The notes under the pieces are model-generated. The model ran no database searches. It worked only from the letters and a program-made list of their open reading frames with translations, and was not told where the DNA came from. A stretch of DNA of 51,222 nt, filler included, from Sphacelaria rigidula (lineage: Eukaryota): assembly GCA_964200075.2 (NCBI GenBank). It is 3 parts of 3 records of this genome, joined end to end, with 100 filler letters (N's around TTAATTAATTAA, not from the genome) between each part and the next. Parts side by side here need not be neighbours in the genome. Positions count along the whole stretch, not along the records: positions 34,217 to 51,222 come from CAXNAA020001191.1; 2 more parts are not named here. The stretch is one strand, 5' to 3'. Positions 48,165-51,222 of the stretch are shown piece by piece. A program made the position numbers and the translations under genes. Each line of letters begins with the position of its first letter. Positions within the stretch are counted from its first letter, which is position 1.

Positions 48165-48904
48165 TAATGGTTGAGACGTGAACTTTTGACGAGATGAGCG
48201 AATTGACCGGGCGAGGGCCGTCATTGTCAGCGTATTTTCCGGGAATTACATCAAGTTGATTCAATTCCGAGATAGAGACCCCCTTTTGTCTCCAGAAGAA
48301 AACCATCGGCAGTGACCGTCTTCGACCAGTCGATTTTCCCCTGTACTCGAAACTGCAGGTCCTACACAACCCGTCAACCTCGAGCGAAAATCTCAAGACA
48401 GCATATTCCCCAGAATCGGGAGATCCCGTGGATCGTTCACGTTTTTCCTCGCCTTGATTTTTGAGCCTTATTTTTGGATGGCGATCATCAAATGGGGATT
48501 GCAACAGGTGACGCCGTCTTTGCCGTAACGTGCTCAGAGGAATTCAGGACAACTAACCAAGAACCCAGCACAGTATATGCACACATGTGATTTATATATT
48601 TACCGGTTCCCTTACAGCTGCCGTGCCAGGTCGTATTAAGTGTGCCGGTATTGTGTGCAGTGACGAAAGCACCTGAACGATGTACAGGAGCGCGGGGTGC
48701 GCTCCGAGGCCGTTACGGGGTTCCAAGTGTCTTATTTTTCGATGGTATATGACGTTGTTTGTGCTGTTTGTGCCAGTTGCCTCGGAGGCATTCATTCGTG
48801 AATTTCGCTGGGATCAATCAGCCTGTTGCAATATGTAGGTGTTTCCGTACGTGCCTCAAACCAGACATACACATACTGTTCAGTGATGTATCTGGATAAT
48901 AAGC

Positions 48905-49200
48905 GCCACGGTGGTGTAATGGTTCGACTGTCGCCATTAAAGTGGAGAGAACGAAGGTTCGATTCCCGATGCGTTGGGTTTTTTGCTTCGTAGCATCTGA
49001 TTTCCAAAGTGGAAAGCGTGAGCACGTAAGTAAACAAAGTAGTTGACTAAGTTTGTTTGACGTGAGTTGACGCGGTGCGGGAGTGCTGACCCAGTCCGCG
49101 AGACCAAAAAGCAAGGCGTGTACCGGGGAGAGATGGGTTGATCCCTTGACACCACGGACTCGTCTCGAGGAAGGGGAGGGGTTCAAAGTGTGACAAAAAG
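48905..49200 (+). mobile_element. tRNA-derived SINE
   Basis: A-box TGGTGTAATGG (48912) and B-box GGTTCGATTCC (48956). The body is shared with 3595-3730 (inverted). Confidence 0.7.
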
Positions 49201-49634
49201 AAGAAGTATATACTAATATTACGTGTTCCCAGGAAATTCTTCCTGTGAGTTTGCCCTGAATAGACAGCACCGTACACCTCCGGAGCCCACGCCTTGTTTC
49301 GAACTCGACCTTTCAGCTGTCAACGTTCTTCGGTATCTGCTGCGGGTTCATCATTACTATACAGAAAAGAGTCGAGTTACAAATGATGTTCGCATTGGCG
49401 CACGCAGACACATTGAGAAACGACTACTTCTTCTTGCTTCGCAGTCAAAGGAATAACTCAAGTTGGACTCACCAGTCTAGGCTTTGCAAAATTTGATCTC
49501 CTCGGACATGTACTTGTCACTAACGTCTTGGGTCAAAAACCGAACTACTTCAAAATCGCACTCCCACGTTGACATGTACCCGATGTGGTCTACCCCCCTC
49601 CTGATGAACATCTCTGTGCTTCGTGCATAAACAG

Positions 49635-49916
49635 ATTTGGGCCGTTGATTCGGGGAAGTGCCTGCTGACCCTGGCAACCACATCCATCGGAATTACACCC
49701 AAGTTCCGCTTGTCCGCCTCGCGATGCGGCAGGCTGGTGGCGGTAGCTACGGGCAACCGTATTCAGGTTATAGACTTCGAGGTTCTTGCGGACCGTAGCA
49801 AAGCCGGTCGACCGGGAGAGCCGGCGGCATACCTGAAGCACGCGCTACGATTCATTGTCACGGCTCCGTCAACGAGGTTAACCATTGCTCTGCCGCCGAA
49901 GTCGTCGTGTAATTGA
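49635..49916 (+). CDS. WD40-repeat protein exon (3' boundary uncertain)
   Basis: Acceptor cataaacag| in phase 0. Reads IWAVDSGKCLLTLATTSIGITPKFRLSASRCGRLVAVATGNRIQVIDF. It either stops at 49916 or splices onward. Confidence 0.8.
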   Translation: MWAVDSGKCLLTLATTSIGITPKFRLSASRCGRLVAVATGNRIQVIDFEVLADRSKAGRPGEPAAYLKHALRFIVTAPSTRLTIALPPKSSCN

Positions 49917-51171
49917 ACGACCTTACACCTACCTGCACACACCAACAGCAGAGAACTCTTCTGCTAACGTACTACTACGTGGGTATGACTGTGCCATATC
50001 ATCTTCTCGATACTCCAACGCGGACTTCAACAACAACAACAACAACAGCAGCACGTCGACAACACATCTTATTGCCGCACAGAGATGTTCAACCAAATAA
50101 CCGGCATGTTTTTTTTTTTTCAGGATCAGGATTTGTCAAGCCAAACGTTATCCGGCAGCGATTTGTAGAGAACAACCCTCACTCTAAGCTTCTTTCTTTT
50201 TTCTTGTTTAAGAGGTATGTCCAGGTAAGCATGCAACCCATCTGAATTTCCCCGCACCGCTGATTTCCGTTTGTTTCTTGGAATGTTATTGCCGCCCGTC
50301 CTGCATGACAAACTTCATCCACGGTTCTTTCTCGTCGACAGTCCCAGCTACGCTTGTCTGAGGAGATGATCCGCGCAAAAAAAAATAGTATTGGCATCGA
50401 CAGGCTGCACCCAGCTCTACTAACCTAGGGGGGATGGCTAAAGACGGGACCCAGAGCTGGGTGCTGATTGTCTCCGACTTGAGGAGTAACCGATTCGTCG
50501 CCGTCGGGACGAGGGGGAAAATCCATATAACAAAAGCCAGTACAATGGATCATCATCCACAGTTCATCACCGAGGGCGACAATAATCCTAATTCTACGTG
50601 ATACCTGCACTTGAAGACACCGTGACCCGGTGATCTAACCTACCTGATCCGTCAACAGCTGACTAGGGCAGAGACGTGCTGGTAGGAGTCTCGAGAGACA
50701 CGGTATTTTTCTAGCAGAAGTCTGGCTCGGTCGTTTAAAGCGTGAGGACGCGATTATTACCAAACAGGGATGCTACGGTAGGGGTGCACATATATTTTCT
50801 GAGGTTTGAATTGTTAGGAGCCCTTCATCTCATCCAAAACACGGCTTTTGAGATATGTAAGAGTACGTCAGGATTACTAATCCAACGTGCTAGGGGTGTC
50901 CCAAACGAACTTACAAACGGGGATGCCCTGACCCATGTCCTTGTGCATCTAGAATCTTCAGGAGCCCCTGAACGAGACATTATTTCGCGCAAAACGTGCA
51001 CCCCTACCGCAGCATTGTTTTGAAGCGGAACTCAACGAGAACAGTGCACGCATTGCCGAAGTTCTGAACCCAATCCTCCATGCAAAAGTGAAGATCAAGC
51101 ACCGAAGGAGAAATGAGTTGATCACTTGAGGCTGCGGACCCATCTCGAGGAGGCGGGTGGGGGGAGACGGG

Positions 51172-51222
51172 GTGGGGCGTACTCATTTGTTGCTTGCCTT
51201 AGTCATTTGATCAATGACCACG
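51172..51222 (-). mobile_element. LINE family A 3' end, cut by the contig end
   Basis: ggggcgtactcatttgttgcttgccttagtcatttgatcaatgaccacg matches 5651-5700. Confidence 0.75.

Overview
Eukaryotic genomic DNA, most likely a brown alga (inference from short exons in long repeat-filled GT-AG introns, TTAGGG repeats, an Ectocarpus-style LRR N-cap exon, and LINE tails resembling brown-algal ones I recall). The window is not one locus. It consists of three contigs of almost equal length (1-17008, 17109-34116, 34217-51222) joined by 100-nt N44-TTAATTAATTAA-N44 spacers. Most ORF-track entries are spurious or antisense shadows. Manual splicing gives these genes: a tandem DM13-domain gene (-) and a hypothetical-protein gene (-) on contig 1, LRR exons (+) on contig 2, and a classical short-chain dehydrogenase (-) head-to-head with a WD40 gene (+) on contig 3. 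The rest is densely packed, often nested, non-autonomous transposons (hAT, PIF/Harbinger-like, piggyBac-like, foldback MITEs), tRNA-derived SINEs and LINE 3' ends. I see no clearly new multi-gene system. The most unusual signals are inverted-repeat elements that carry telomeric TTAGGG tracts, a TTAA-linked chain of piggyBac-like mini-elements, an antisense spliced gene or relic nested in an SDR intron, and a MITE whose exact removal restores an ORF. All alignments and domain calls were made by eye; no database search was run.
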